In this document: one piece after another, positions 1-9,801 of the stretch
How the letters are laid out: each line of letters opens with the position of its first letter
Position numbering within the stretch: the first letter of the stretch is position 1
NCBI GenBank assembly: GCA_041645075.1
Contig: JBAZQS010000002.1
Span: forward strand, 693-64,692
Direction of reading: 5' to 3'
Source: Patescibacteria group bacterium
GTDB lineage: Bacteria > Patescibacteriota > Patescibacteriia > 2-01-FULL-39-33
DNA length: 64,000 bases
Notes under the pieces: generated by a model
The model's input: the letters and a program-made list of their open reading frames with translations, nothing else
Database searches by the model: none
Told to the model about the DNA's origin: nothing
Made by a program: the position numbers and the translations under genes

Positions 1-884
1 TAATTCCTTTGGCCATAGAAAATCATGATTTGATGGATTATGATATTGTGATTTCCAGCGCTTCCTCTTTTGCCAAGGGCGTGATTACCAAGCCCAGTAG
101 CCGGCACATTTGTTATTGCCACACGCCCACCCGTTATTTGTGGACCAGTACCCATTCCTATGTCCAGGAATTAAAAGTTAACCCGTTAATAAAAATATTT
201 TTGCCGTTAACTTTAAGGAAATTGCGGCTGTGGGACCGGTTGGCGGCTGACCGCGTTGATTTTTTTATTGCCAATTCCGAAACCGTCCGGGAAAGAATCA
301 GAAAATATTATAATCGCGACAGCCGAGTTATTTATCCGCCGGTGGCAGTTGAACAATATTATATTTCGCCCCATCCCAAAAAGTTTTATTTGGCGGGCGG
401 CCGTTTAGTGTCTTATAAAATGATTGATTTAGCGGTTAGGGCGTTCGCGCGCTTAGGCATACCCTTAAAAATTTTTGGCGTTGGCCCGGAAATGAAAATG
501 TTAAAGAAAATAGCGGCTCAAGGCGACCCATTAAAAAGCAATATTGAATTTTTGGGCCGGATTTCTGATAAGCAAAAAAGATGGCTTTTTGCCAATTGTC
601 TTGCTTATATTAATCCGCAAGAAGAGGATTTCGGCATTACGGCCGTGGAGGCCATGGCTTCCGGCCGTCCCGTAATTGCTTATCGGGCCGGTGGCGCCAC
701 GGAAACGGTTCGCGAGGGGGAAACGGGCGAATTTTTTGATGAGCAAGTCTGGGAAGAAATTGCCGACAAAGTGATTCGCTTTCAGCCGGAAAAATACCAG
801 CCGGAAAAAATTAAAGAACATGCTAACCAATTTAGCGTAGAGAGGTTTAAAAAAAGAATAATGGAGGTGGTGGATAATTTTTAG
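1..884 (+). CDS. Glycosyltransferase family 4 (5' end outside the window)
   Basis: HICYCHTPTRYLW and EDFGITAVEAMASGRPVIAY GT-B motifs; frame is open at the window edge. Confidence 0.9.
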   Translation, partial: IPLAIENHDLMDYDIVISSASSFAKGVITKPSSRHICYCHTPTRYLWTSTHSYVQELKVNPLIKIFLPLTLRKLRLWDRLAADRVDFFIANSETVRERIRKYYNRDSRVIYPPVAVEQYYISPHPKKFYLAGGRLVSYKMIDLAVRAFARLGIPLKIFGVGPEMKMLKKIAAQGDPLKSNIEFLGRISDKQKRWLFANCLAYINPQEEDFGITAVEAMASGRPVIAYRAGGATETVREGETGEFFDEQVWEEIADKVIRFQPEKYQPEKIKEHANQFSVERFKKRIMEVVDNF

Positions 885-885
885 T

Positions 886-965
886 TGTCATTGCGAGGGA
901 GCGCGAGCGACCGTGGCAATCCTATAAGATTGCTTCGTCGGCGATTACGCCTCCTCGCAATGACA
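886..965. repeat. Palindromic REP/RPE-like element TGTCATTGCGAG...CTCGCAATGACA
   Basis: 12-bp terminal inverted repeat, internal GCAATC/GATTGC stem; second copy at ~50023-50110. Confidence 0.8.
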
Positions 966-970
966 ATATT

Positions 971-2170
971 ATGAAAATCGGCATTGACATCCGTTGTCTG
1001 ATGAATAAAAATTATTCCGGCGTTTCTTATTACACTTTTAATTTATTAAAGGCGATTTTTGCGTTGGATAAAGAAAATCAATATTTGCTTTTTTATAATT
1101 CTTCCAAAAAAGTTGATTTGCCGGAATTTAATCAGCCAAACGTAAAATATGTCGGTTTTCACTGGCCGAATAAAATTTTCAATCTGGCCTTAAATTTTTT
1201 TAATGAGCCAAAAATTGACAAATTAATCGGCGGGGTGGATATTTTTTTTGCGCCCAACCTGCATTTTGTGGCTTGGTCGGAAAATTGTAAAAAAGTCATA
1301 GCGGTTCATGATTTGTCATTTTTGCGTTTTCCCGAGTTTTTTAATTTTAAAATGCGTTTATGGCATAAATTGATTTTGTGGAAAAATATTTTAGGCCAAG
1401 CCGATATGATTACGGCCGATTCAGAAAATACCAAGAATGATTTGATTGAATTGTTGAAAATACCGGAAGGTAAAATAAAAGTGGTTTATCTGGGTGTGAG
1501 CGAGGAGTTTAGGGTTTTGGCTAAAGACGATATTCGTTTAGAAAACGCGAGAAAAAAACATAATTTGCCGGAAAAGTTTATTTTATACTTGGGCACGCTG
1601 GAACCCAGAAAAAATATTGAGAGCATTGTTGAGGCATACAATTTATTTTCTCCCCCTTACGAAGGGGGGGATCAAAGAGGGGGTTATGATTTGGTGATTG
1701 CGGGCGGAGTTGGCTGGAAAGCAAAAAATATTTTTAAATTGGCAAAAAAAAATTCAAGAATAAAATTTATCGGCTACGTTGATGACCGCCCGGCTTTATA
1801 TAACTTAGCCAGCTTGTTTGTTTACCCGTCTTATTATGAGGGCTTTGGCTTGCCGTTACTAGAGGCCATGGCCTGTGGCTGTCCGGTTATCGCCGGCGCT
1901 AATTCTTCGCAGGGCGAGGTAGTGGGCGACGCGGGACTGCTGGTGGACCCGTATAATATTAATGAAATTAAAAAAGCCATGGAAATTTTATTGGCTAATA
2001 ATGAATTAAGAGATGATTTTATGAAAAGTGGATTGGAACGAGCAAAAGAATTCACCTGGCAAAAAACCGCGGAAAAAGTTTTGGAAAGTTTTATAAAATT
2101 TTTTCCCCCTTCCAAGGGGGTCGCCAGCGGGCGAGGGGACGGGCAAAAAAATTTATTTAAGTATTATTAA
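971..2170 (+). CDS. Glycosyltransferase family 4 (mannosyltransferase-like)
   Basis: MKIGID start, GTLEPRKN, YEGFGLPLLEAMACGCPV; two palindrome-derived peptide inserts. Confidence 0.92.
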   Translation: MKIGIDIRCLMNKNYSGVSYYTFNLLKAIFALDKENQYLLFYNSSKKVDLPEFNQPNVKYVGFHWPNKIFNLALNFFNEPKIDKLIGGVDIFFAPNLHFVAWSENCKKVIAVHDLSFLRFPEFFNFKMRLWHKLILWKNILGQADMITADSENTKNDLIELLKIPEGKIKVVYLGVSEEFRVLAKDDIRLENARKKHNLPEKFILYLGTLEPRKNIESIVEAYNLFSPPYEGGDQRGGYDLVIAGGVGWKAKNIFKLAKKNSRIKFIGYVDDRPALYNLASLFVYPSYYEGFGLPLLEAMACGCPVIAGANSSQGEVVGDAGLLVDPYNINEIKKAMEILLANNELRDDFMKSGLERAKEFTWQKTAEKVLESFIKFFPPSKGVASGRGDGQKNLFKYY

Positions 2171-2206
2171 TCTATCGTGTTATAATTAAAAAACAAAATA
2201 GGTATT

Positions 2207-2965
2207 ATGAATAATGAAAAGTTAGAACAAAAAAATCAGGAATCGGAAATTTCTCTTTCAGAAGAATGGATTGCTTTATCGGAAGCAATGTATGATAGTG
2301 GGTTTATATCTGAATTATCCGATTTTTTTAAAGAAAATAATATCAAAACAATTCTTGAATGTGGTTGTGGTGGTGGACATATATTAAAAGGATTGGGTGA
2401 AAATGGTTTTGTTGGGACGGGTATTGATGCTGATGAGATAATGATTAAGCACGCACAAGATAAAAATAAAAATTTAGGTTTTAAATTTTTAAAATTAAAC
2501 TGGTTTGATATTGATAAATTAGAAGGAACTTTCGATGCCGTCATGTGCAGGGGGAACAGCCTGTCTAATTTTAATTGGGGAGGAAAAATAAATATTGATT
2601 ATCAAAAAGTAGAAGAACTAATTATAAATACTTTGCAAAAAATGTTTTCTAAGGTTAATCCAGGCGGGCTACTGTATGTAGATACGGAATCAAATGAAAA
2701 CATTTTAAAAGGGAATAGAAATATTGAAATAAAAAAAGAAAATCTACACCTAAGAGGAAGAGTTGAGTATGATTTTAAAAACAAAATTAGAAAAATTTTT
2801 GGAGAAGGATTGGTTAATGGTAAAAGATTTAAAGGAGGACAGAATTCTTATTTATTTCAACCCGTAGAAATTGAAAACTTTTTAAAGCAATTGAAACCTG
2901 AAAAAATCTGGACTCCAAAATTCAAGCATGAAATTAATTATCAAGTATTTTGCGCAAAAAAATAG
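2207..2965 (+). CDS. Class I SAM-dependent methyltransferase
   Basis: ILECGCGGG motif I, GIDAD, FDAVMCRGNSL (resembles glycine/sarcosine N-methyltransferases). Confidence 0.85.
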   Translation: MNNEKLEQKNQESEISLSEEWIALSEAMYDSGFISELSDFFKENNIKTILECGCGGGHILKGLGENGFVGTGIDADEIMIKHAQDKNKNLGFKFLKLNWFDIDKLEGTFDAVMCRGNSLSNFNWGGKINIDYQKVEELIINTLQKMFSKVNPGGLLYVDTESNENILKGNRNIEIKKENLHLRGRVEYDFKNKIRKIFGEGLVNGKRFKGGQNSYLFQPVEIENFLKQLKPEKIWTPKFKHEINYQVFCAKK

Positions 2966-2986
2966 GGTTTGCGTCAGCAAACCCTA
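2963..2986. terminator. Hairpin between convergent genes
   Basis: TAGGGTTTGC-gtca-GCAAACCCTA. Confidence 0.6.
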
Positions 2987-2997
2987 CACAGAGCATT

Positions 2998-3651
2998 TTA
3001 TATCTCCTTATACTGAATTACCACGAATTGACCACATGGCTCATCTTCTGGAAAGAAACCAGGAATGATCCAAAGAGTTTTGGCTCCGTTTTTTATATAG
3101 AAGCCGAGAACTGGGTCTTTGGATAACATTAATTCATCCGGCAATGGCGCTTTCCCCTCTAAGTGAGCTGTTATCGCATCATGTATTTCTTGATTTTTTA
3201 AAACCCTTTCCTGCTGAAATTCTGAGCTTCCGTTAAAAGATGGACATCTGCTGTCTCCTACAATGTAGGACATTCCATCTTCTTTTGCTTTTTTGATAGC
3301 TCCCTCAATTAGATATTTTGCCGCGTAACCGTTTCTATGTTCTGGCACAATGCCTAAACTGTGAACAAAAGCAGTGTTTGGATTTTCATCATGTGGGACT
3401 TCAGCATACATTTTTAATGTTTTAGGAAAGTTTTCATAATCATTTGGTGAAAAATTGGCGTATCTTAGGGCTATTGTGCCAATCAATTTTTCACCAATAA
3501 AAGCGCCAAGAAATATGTGATTCATTTCCAAGCATATTCTGATGTTTTTTTCAGTAATTTGGATTGTTGGTATAAATGCTCTTTTTTCAACATCCATTAT
3601 TTGAGTAATATTTTCTATACTCAATTGGATTACAGAAATTAAACTTTTCAT
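2998..3651 (-). CDS. GNAT-family acetyltransferase (start revised to MKSLIS, 217 aa)
   Basis: FVHSLGIVPEHRNGYAAKYLI acetyl-CoA motif A; GGAGG SD upstream of ATG at 3651. Confidence 0.8.
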   Translation of the reverse strand: MKSLISVIQLSIENITQIMDVEKRAFIPTIQITEKNIRICLEMNHIFLGAFIGEKLIGTIALRYANFSPNDYENFPKTLKMYAEVPHDENPNTAFVHSLGIVPEHRNGYAAKYLIEGAIKKAKEDGMSYIVGDSRCPSFNGSSEFQQERVLKNQEIHDAITAHLEGKAPLPDELMLSKDPVLGFYIKNGAKTLWIIPGFFPEDEPCGQFVVIQYKEI

Positions 3652-3756
3652 TTTTCCTCCTTTTTTCAATAAAATGGTAAAATTCAATATAATTTGATAG
3701 ATTGTTAATGGACTATTTTGCTTAATATATAATATTAATTTAATTTTGTCAATAGT

Positions 3757-4974
3757 ATGAAAATCGGCATAGACGCGCGGCTTTATGGGACTAAACACGG
3801 CGGTATTGGGCGGTATGCGCAAAAATTAATTGAGCATTTGGAAAAAATTGATTCAGAAAATCAGTATGTGGTTTTTTTGCAAAAAAATAATTTTAGCGAG
3901 TACCAGCCGCAGAATAAAAATTTTACTAAGGTTTTGGCGGATTTTCGCGCTTATGGCTGGCAAGAGCAGATTTTATTTCCCAAACTTCTAAATAAATATA
4001 ATTTTGACTTTGTCCATTTTACGCATTTTAACGCGCCAATTTTTTTTGGCGGAAAATTTATGGTCACGATTCACGACTTGATAATTTCTCATTATCCGGA
4101 TAGCCGAGCCACGACCTTAAATCCGTTTTTATATAAAATAAAATTAATTTTTTATAATATCGTGATAAATCACGCCGCCAAGAAAGCGGAAAAAATTATC
4201 GCGGTTTCCGAGTATACAAAAAACGATATTATTAAATTTTTAAAAGTCGTCCCCGAAAAAATCGCGGTCACTTATGAGGGTTATGATCCGCCCAAGGATA
4301 TTGGCCATGATTGCCAAAATATAATTCAGCAATTTGGCATTAACGGCGAATATATTTTATATGTGGGTTCGGCCTATCCGCACAAGAATTTGGAAAGATT
4401 AATTTTGGCTTTTGAAAAGATAATTGAAGGATTACCCCACCCTAACCCTCCCCTTATAAAGGGGAGGGGGGAATCCTTATTTTCCTCCCCCTTCATAAGG
4501 GGGAGGTTAGGAGGGGGTAAATTGAATGACTTAAAATTAGTCCTTGTCGGCAGTAAAAATTATTTTTACGAGCGCTTAGAAAAAGAAATAAAAAAATTGA
4601 ATCTACAAAACGAAGTAATTCTCACCGGCTATTGCGATGACAATCAATTGGCCTGTCTGTATAAGAATGCCAAGGCCTATGTTTTCCCAAGTTTGATTGA
4701 GGGTTTTGGTTTGCCGCCACTGGAAGCGCAAAGTTATGGCGTGCCCGTGGCCAGCTCAAACGCCACTTGCTTGCCGGAAGTTTTGGGCGACAGCGCGTTT
4801 TATTTTGACCCCGAAAATATAAATGATATGGCGGAAAAAATATCGCGAATAATTAATGATGAAAATTTAAGAAACGATTTAATTAATAAGGGCCTTGAAA
4901 ACTTAAAAAAATATAGCTGGGAAAATTGCGCCCAGAAAACACTGGAGATTTATAATTTGACATTTATTAAATGA
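3757..4974 (+). CDS. Glycosyltransferase family 4
   Basis: MKIGIDAR..GGIGRY, YVGSAYPHKN, EGFGLPPLEA; carries a ~28-aa palindrome-derived insert. Confidence 0.92.
   Translation: MKIGIDARLYGTKHGGIGRYAQKLIEHLEKIDSENQYVVFLQKNNFSEYQPQNKNFTKVLADFRAYGWQEQILFPKLLNKYNFDFVHFTHFNAPIFFGGKFMVTIHDLIISHYPDSRATTLNPFLYKIKLIFYNIVINHAAKKAEKIIAVSEYTKNDIIKFLKVVPEKIAVTYEGYDPPKDIGHDCQNIIQQFGINGEYILYVGSAYPHKNLERLILAFEKIIEGLPHPNPPLIKGRGESLFSSPFIRGRLGGGKLNDLKLVLVGSKNYFYERLEKEIKKLNLQNEVILTGYCDDNQLACLYKNAKAYVFPSLIEGFGLPPLEAQSYGVPVASSNATCLPEVLGDSAFYFDPENINDMAEKISRIINDENLRNDLINKGLENLKKYSWENCAQKTLEIYNLTFIK
4434..4518. repeat. In-frame palindromic element (CCCTCCCCTT..AAGGGGAGGG family)
   Basis: Two tandem GC hairpins closed by CCTAACC/GGTTAGG; related copies at 1649, 2101 and 48248. 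Confidence 0.85.
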
Positions 4975-4985
4975 TGTAATAAAAT
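4957..4985 (+). promoter_or_regulatory. Sigma70-type promoter
   Basis: TTGACA-17 nt-TAAAAT. Confidence 0.7.
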
Positions 4986-5066
4986 ACAAGTACCATAAGT
5001 CGCCGAAAGGGACTTATAAAAACCCGAAAGGGAAAACAAATTCCGAAAGGAAGAGGAGGATGTGTT

Positions 5067-5825
5067 ATGTTGAACATTGACAAGGGTGATTTGGGCCTGA
5101 TAAGAGATTTATTGGGCGCGAAGGGGAGCGCCGAAAGCGATTTTAGGGCTAGAGCGCTTTTATTGTTTAATGATGCAGAAGCATTAAATTCGCACCTTTC
5201 ATCGTGGGGTTGTTATTCCGTCCCCATCGCAATCAGAGCCAATATTATTATGGCGAAAACGGCGAATATATTGCCCAATAAATCGGATTATTACACCTGG
5301 TTAAATCTGCTTTCTAAAATTTTTGATTCGCCAATTCGTCAAAATTCGGCAAACCCAGAGATGATTAGCGGTCTGATTGTCGGGATATTCCAATCCCTTA
5401 AAGCTGGCCGTCGTTTTTTCCAGGGTGAACACGAGGATGAGTTTAGAAGATTTGGATTCTCAATTGTGGCCAAAATGGTTTTGGGGGAATATGGCAAGAG
5501 TTCTAGTTGGTCTCGTTTTGATAAATTGGAAGAAGTAGAAAATGCGGCCAAAGAATGGGTAAGGCAGACCGACTATCTATATAACGTGTCTGCCTTAAAA
5601 CGATTTTCTCCTTTGTTTGAGGAAATTTATCGTAAATTGCCGGGCACCTATTCTGAAATTACGAAGCGCATTTTAAATGGGCTGGTTTACGGATTGTTCG
5701 GCGCCCTGGGCACAGTTTATATGATAAAGCTCCTTTCTTTTATTCCGCTTCTGGAAAATCGTACTTTGTCCGTATCTCGAATATGCGGAATGCTCGACGC
5801 ATTGTCCGACCAAGACAAAGCGTAA
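5067..5825 (+). CDS. Hypothetical protein, 252 aa, probably helical
   Basis: Long ORF with own promoter, GAGGAGG SD and terminator. Confidence 0.75.
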   Translation: MLNIDKGDLGLIRDLLGAKGSAESDFRARALLLFNDAEALNSHLSSWGCYSVPIAIRANIIMAKTANILPNKSDYYTWLNLLSKIFDSPIRQNSANPEMISGLIVGIFQSLKAGRRFFQGEHEDEFRRFGFSIVAKMVLGEYGKSSSWSRFDKLEEVENAAKEWVRQTDYLYNVSALKRFSPLFEEIYRKLPGTYSEITKRILNGLVYGLFGALGTVYMIKLLSFIPLLENRTLSVSRICGMLDALSDQDKA

Positions 5826-5844
5826 AAAATAATCAACTCAAAAT

Positions 5845-5870
5845 AATCTCCGTTTCGGCGGAGATTTTTA
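5845..5870 (+). terminator. Intrinsic terminator
   Basis: AATCTCCG-tttcgg-CGGAGATT followed by T-run. Confidence 0.75.
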
Positions 5871-6008
5871 ATTTTTAAAATTTTATCCCCAGTTAGTTGT
5901 TTTTAAATACGGTTTTATGTTATAATAAATTTATAAATTTTAGAAATTCCAGTCCAAAGCATATAATTTGGTCTGGCATGAATTGTATTTGTAATTGTCT
6001 AACCAAAG

Positions 6009-8834
6009 GTGACAAAAAACAGCAAAAAAACAGCCGGTTTGCCATCGCGACCTCCAAAAATCGTCAAGAAAAAGCCGGTTAAAAAGTCGGTCAGCAAAAG
6101 CAGCAAAAAAAGAGCCAGCCCATTTAAAAAACCCCGCGTGAGCCGGCCGCTTTTATCTATTGGCCGACTGGAAACCTCATCAAAAAAAATTGCCATTGCG
6201 AAAAAGGCGGATAAATCAGTCAATATTAATATTGTTGTTCATCCTCTTGATGTCTACCAATCACCCCATTTATTGGATTTATCCCAATCAAGGTTTATTG
6301 AAAAAGTCAGGCCGAGTTGGGACGGGGGCGATTTTTCTTATAATGATTTGCCGGGCGGCGCTCTTTTAGCCAAATTATATATTTTTGAATTATTATCTTT
6401 TGATAAAAGTGAAATTATCAATGGCTTTAAAAAATTGTTTAATGGTTTTGTTTCCGCGGTCAAAAAGCCGTTTCAAAGAGTTAATTTTTCCGCAAAATTG
6501 CCCTTGGTAAATAATGATAATCTTTTGGCGTCCAGGTTATCTTTTTGGCAGGAAATTACGTTTATAAATTTAATGGCCGCCGTTTTTTCCGGATTGTTAG
6601 GCCTCGGCCAAAATATTCGCAATTTGGCGGTTTATTTAAAACAAAATCAGCCGAAAACCGATGATGAAATTGATTTTGGCTTAAAGCCATCGGGTGCCGA
6701 TGATTTAGGTCGGGATTATTCCTTGGCCGGTGAGATTTTGGCGATGGTTCGCAAGCCGGTTTTAAATATTGAGAGCAAGCCGGTTTTAAATCAGAAAAAA
6801 TTTTTACCATCTTTATCTTTTAAAATATTTGCCTGGCCGGAATTGAAATCAGTGTCTTTTAGGGGCGTTATGGCTTTCGTCATAATCGCCCTATTGATTG
6901 TTTTGCCCATTAAGGCCATTAATTACTGGCAGGCGGTCAATGCCGCCAAGGGCCGGGTTTTGGGAGAAGCCGAACAGGCCATGCAAAATTTATCCTTGGC
7001 CCAAAATCAATTGGCTAATTTTAATTTTAATCAGTCGGAAAATTATTTTTCTTCGGCCGGCCGGTATTTTGTCTCGGCCCAGAGCCAATTAAATGAGATT
7101 AAGTCATTCCTCACGGTTTTGGCGGAGAGCGCGCCGGTAAGCAATTCATTCCGCAGCGGGAAAAATTTATTGTCTTTAGGCGAACACCTAGCCAACGCGG
7201 GCGAATATTTATTAGAGGGCATCAACGGCCTGGCGGGCGGAGAAGAACTAAAATTAACGGCTCAAATTAAAAACTTTAAAACCCAAAACAATCTTGCCTT
7301 GAACGAACTGAAATTAGCGCAGGACAATTTGAAAAAAGTGAATCTTAATCATTTGCCGGCCGAAAACCGGGATAAGTTTATTTCCTTGCGGAAACAGCTG
7401 CCTATTTTTATGGTTAGCTTGGAAAAGATTGGCGGCCTGACTGATTTCGCGGTTAAGTTTTTGGGGGACAATGACTTGAAAAGATATTTAATGGTTTTTC
7501 AGAATGACAATGAACTGCGGGCCACGGGCGGATTTATGGGCAGTTTTGCTTTGGTTGATTTAGAATCAGGCAAAATAAAAGACATAAAAATACCGGCGGG
7601 CGGCACTTATGACGTCAGGGCCGGTTTTAATGAATTAATCCGGCCGCCCCAGCCCATGCAGCTTTTAACGCCGCGTTGGGAATTTCAGGATGCCAATTGG
7701 TGGCCGGATTGGCCGACTTCGGCCAAAAGCATCACTTGGTTTTATCAGAAAAGCCAAGGGCCGACCATTGACGGCGTTATTGCCATTAATTCCGATTGGC
7801 TGGAGAGCTTATTGGGAATTGTGGGGCCGATAGATTTGCCCGAATATAAAAAGACGATTACGGCGGCTAATTTTGAAGACGAAGTGCAAAAAGAAGTGGA
7901 AATAACCCGTCAAAACGACAAACAGCCCAAGAAAATTTTGGCTGATTTGGCGCCAAAGCTATTGGATAAAATTTTTAATATTCAGCCGGAAAACATTTTA
8001 AATTTAATATCGGCCATTAATAGCGGTTTAAACCAAAAAGATATTTTAATTTATTTATCCGATCCGCAACTGGAAAATTTTGTCGCCCAAAATAGCTGGG
8101 ACGGCCGGTTGAAAAACACTGAATCCGATTATTTGAACGTCGTGGCCACGAACATTGGCGGCGGCAAAACCGACCGGGCCGTCAAGCAAAAAATTTATCA
8201 CCGGGCGGAAATTTTAGCCGACGGCTCGGTCATTGATCGCTTATTAATTTCCCGCTCTCATTTCGGCCCCATTGATGAAAATTTTACCACCATGGCCAAC
8301 CGCAGTTATTTGCGCCTTTATGTGCCCGAGGGCAGCCAGCTCATAAAAGCGGCTGGCTTTGTTCAGCCGCTTGCCGGCGAATTCAGAGCGCCGGAATATT
8401 ATTTAAAATTTGATGAGCGCTTGGCCGCCGAAAATAAAGCCAAGACAGATCCCGAATCAAAGACCAAAATATACAATGAAAACGGGAAGACCGTCTTTGC
8501 CAATTGGCTAAGCATTAATCCCGGCGAGTCAAAAGATGTGCTTTTAGTTTATAAATTGCCGTTTAAAATAAATCTGGCGCCGAAGGAAAATAATAACGGC
8601 TTGATCAATAAAATAAAAGCCGCTTTTTTGCCCAGCGAACTGTCTGCCTCCTACGGGCTTTTGATTCAGAAACAGCCGGGCAGCGATGAAGACGAAATTG
8701 TCAGTGAGGTGGCATACCCCGATGGCTTTAAGCCGTCATCAACCTATCCCCAGGCCTCGGCCAGTGATTTAAATAAGATTATTTTCCGGGGCAAGCTAAC
8801 AACCGACCAGTATTATTTTTCCGATTTTAAATAA
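6009..8834 (+). CDS. DUF4012-domain membrane-anchored protein
   Basis: RYLMVFQNDNELRATGGFMGS, DANWWPDWPTSA, IDGVIAI; TM segment near aa 290; basic N-terminus. Confidence 0.85.
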   Translation: MTKNSKKTAGLPSRPPKIVKKKPVKKSVSKSSKKRASPFKKPRVSRPLLSIGRLETSSKKIAIAKKADKSVNINIVVHPLDVYQSPHLLDLSQSRFIEKVRPSWDGGDFSYNDLPGGALLAKLYIFELLSFDKSEIINGFKKLFNGFVSAVKKPFQRVNFSAKLPLVNNDNLLASRLSFWQEITFINLMAAVFSGLLGLGQNIRNLAVYLKQNQPKTDDEIDFGLKPSGADDLGRDYSLAGEILAMVRKPVLNIESKPVLNQKKFLPSLSFKIFAWPELKSVSFRGVMAFVIIALLIVLPIKAINYWQAVNAAKGRVLGEAEQAMQNLSLAQNQLANFNFNQSENYFSSAGRYFVSAQSQLNEIKSFLTVLAESAPVSNSFRSGKNLLSLGEHLANAGEYLLEGINGLAGGEELKLTAQIKNFKTQNNLALNELKLAQDNLKKVNLNHLPAENRDKFISLRKQLPIFMVSLEKIGGLTDFAVKFLGDNDLKRYLMVFQNDNELRATGGFMGSFALVDLESGKIKDIKIPAGGTYDVRAGFNELIRPPQPMQLLTPRWEFQDANWWPDWPTSAKSITWFYQKSQGPTIDGVIAINSDWLESLLGIVGPIDLPEYKKTITAANFEDEVQKEVEITRQNDKQPKKILADLAPKLLDKIFNIQPENILNLISAINSGLNQKDILIYLSDPQLENFVAQNSWDGRLKNTESDYLNVVATNIGGGKTDRAVKQKIYHRAEILADGSVIDRLLISRSHFGPIDENFTTMANRSYLRLYVPEGSQLIKAAGFVQPLAGEFRAPEYYLKFDERLAAENKAKTDPESKTKIYNENGKTVFANWLSINPGESKDVLLVYKLPFKINLAPKENNNGLINKIKAAFLPSELSASYGLLIQKQPGSDEDEIVSEVAYPDGFKPSSTYPQASASDLNKIIFRGKLTTDQYYFSDFK

Positions 8835-8857
8835 ACTAAATGATTTAAATTATATTT

Positions 8858-9721
8858 ATGAATCCAGAAAAATTTGAGCAAGAACATCTTTCTTTAGAAG
8901 AACAATTTAAAAATCCAGAGATGATAGAACTTGGTGGCAAAACCGTTGAAGTAATTGATATACACCCAGAGATATCAAAGACGGAGGTGCCCGTGGTTGT
9001 TGCTCCGGGATGGGCAGCAACTCCCGAAGTGTTCAAAGATAATATTTTAACGCTAGCTGAATTAGGACGAAGGACAATCTCTGTAAATTCTCCTCACGGA
9101 ATAGAGACCAGCGAGATTGAAGGTTTGCCTGAGGCTGAATTAAGAAAAGTGGCCGCTTTGATGGAAGCACTAAAAGAAAAAGACATCGATCAGATTGATG
9201 CCATAGGCCATTCTGAAGCTGGTATCTATTTAACTATTGCCGCAACCTTGTATCCGGATAAGTTTAGAAATCTTGTCCTTGTTGACCCGGGGGGAATGAT
9301 TGGAAAAGATAAACCAGAATATTTGGCTGCCAGATTTTCCCTGGATATATTAAGACAAACCATTAGAAGTCTAAGAGAACATGAAATTATCAAACCGGCA
9401 ATGAAAGCCTCTTTGGTGGCGGGACGGGCAGTGGGGGGTGCCCCAGCGCAGTCTTTAAGAGAAGTTGTTGCTATTTCTAATACTCAAATTCACGATCTTT
9501 TGCGTGGCTTAAGGGAAAAGGGTATTGGCATATCAATTATTCATGCGGTTGATGATAAAGCCTTTCCCATGGAGAGAGTCCAAAAAATCGCTAAAAAAGA
9601 CCAGCTTAATGGTTTTTATTCAGTCAAAGGGACCCATAATGAATTTTATTTACATCCTGAAAAATATACTCGACTAGCCGAACACGCACTGGCTGCTTTA
9701 GAATCTAGGAAAACTAAATAA
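8858..9721 (+). CDS. Alpha/beta hydrolase
   Basis: APGW oxyanion region, GHSEAG nucleophile elbow, LVLVDPGG, C-terminal GTH. Confidence 0.85.
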   Translation: MNPEKFEQEHLSLEEQFKNPEMIELGGKTVEVIDIHPEISKTEVPVVVAPGWAATPEVFKDNILTLAELGRRTISVNSPHGIETSEIEGLPEAELRKVAALMEALKEKDIDQIDAIGHSEAGIYLTIAATLYPDKFRNLVLVDPGGMIGKDKPEYLAARFSLDILRQTIRSLREHEIIKPAMKASLVAGRAVGGAPAQSLREVVAISNTQIHDLLRGLREKGIGISIIHAVDDKAFPMERVQKIAKKDQLNGFYSVKGTHNEFYLHPEKYTRLAEHALAALESRKTK

Positions 9722-9801
9722 AAAAAGAGACATTTTTAGATTCAAAATTATTTCAAAATTTAACATTTAAAATTGAAAATTAACAGCTTATTAATTTTTA
9801 T

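Noticed and set aside
3652-3822. N-terminal extension of the GNAT ORF
   Set aside because: Overlaps the divergent GT4 start and the promoter; the SD supports ATG at 3651
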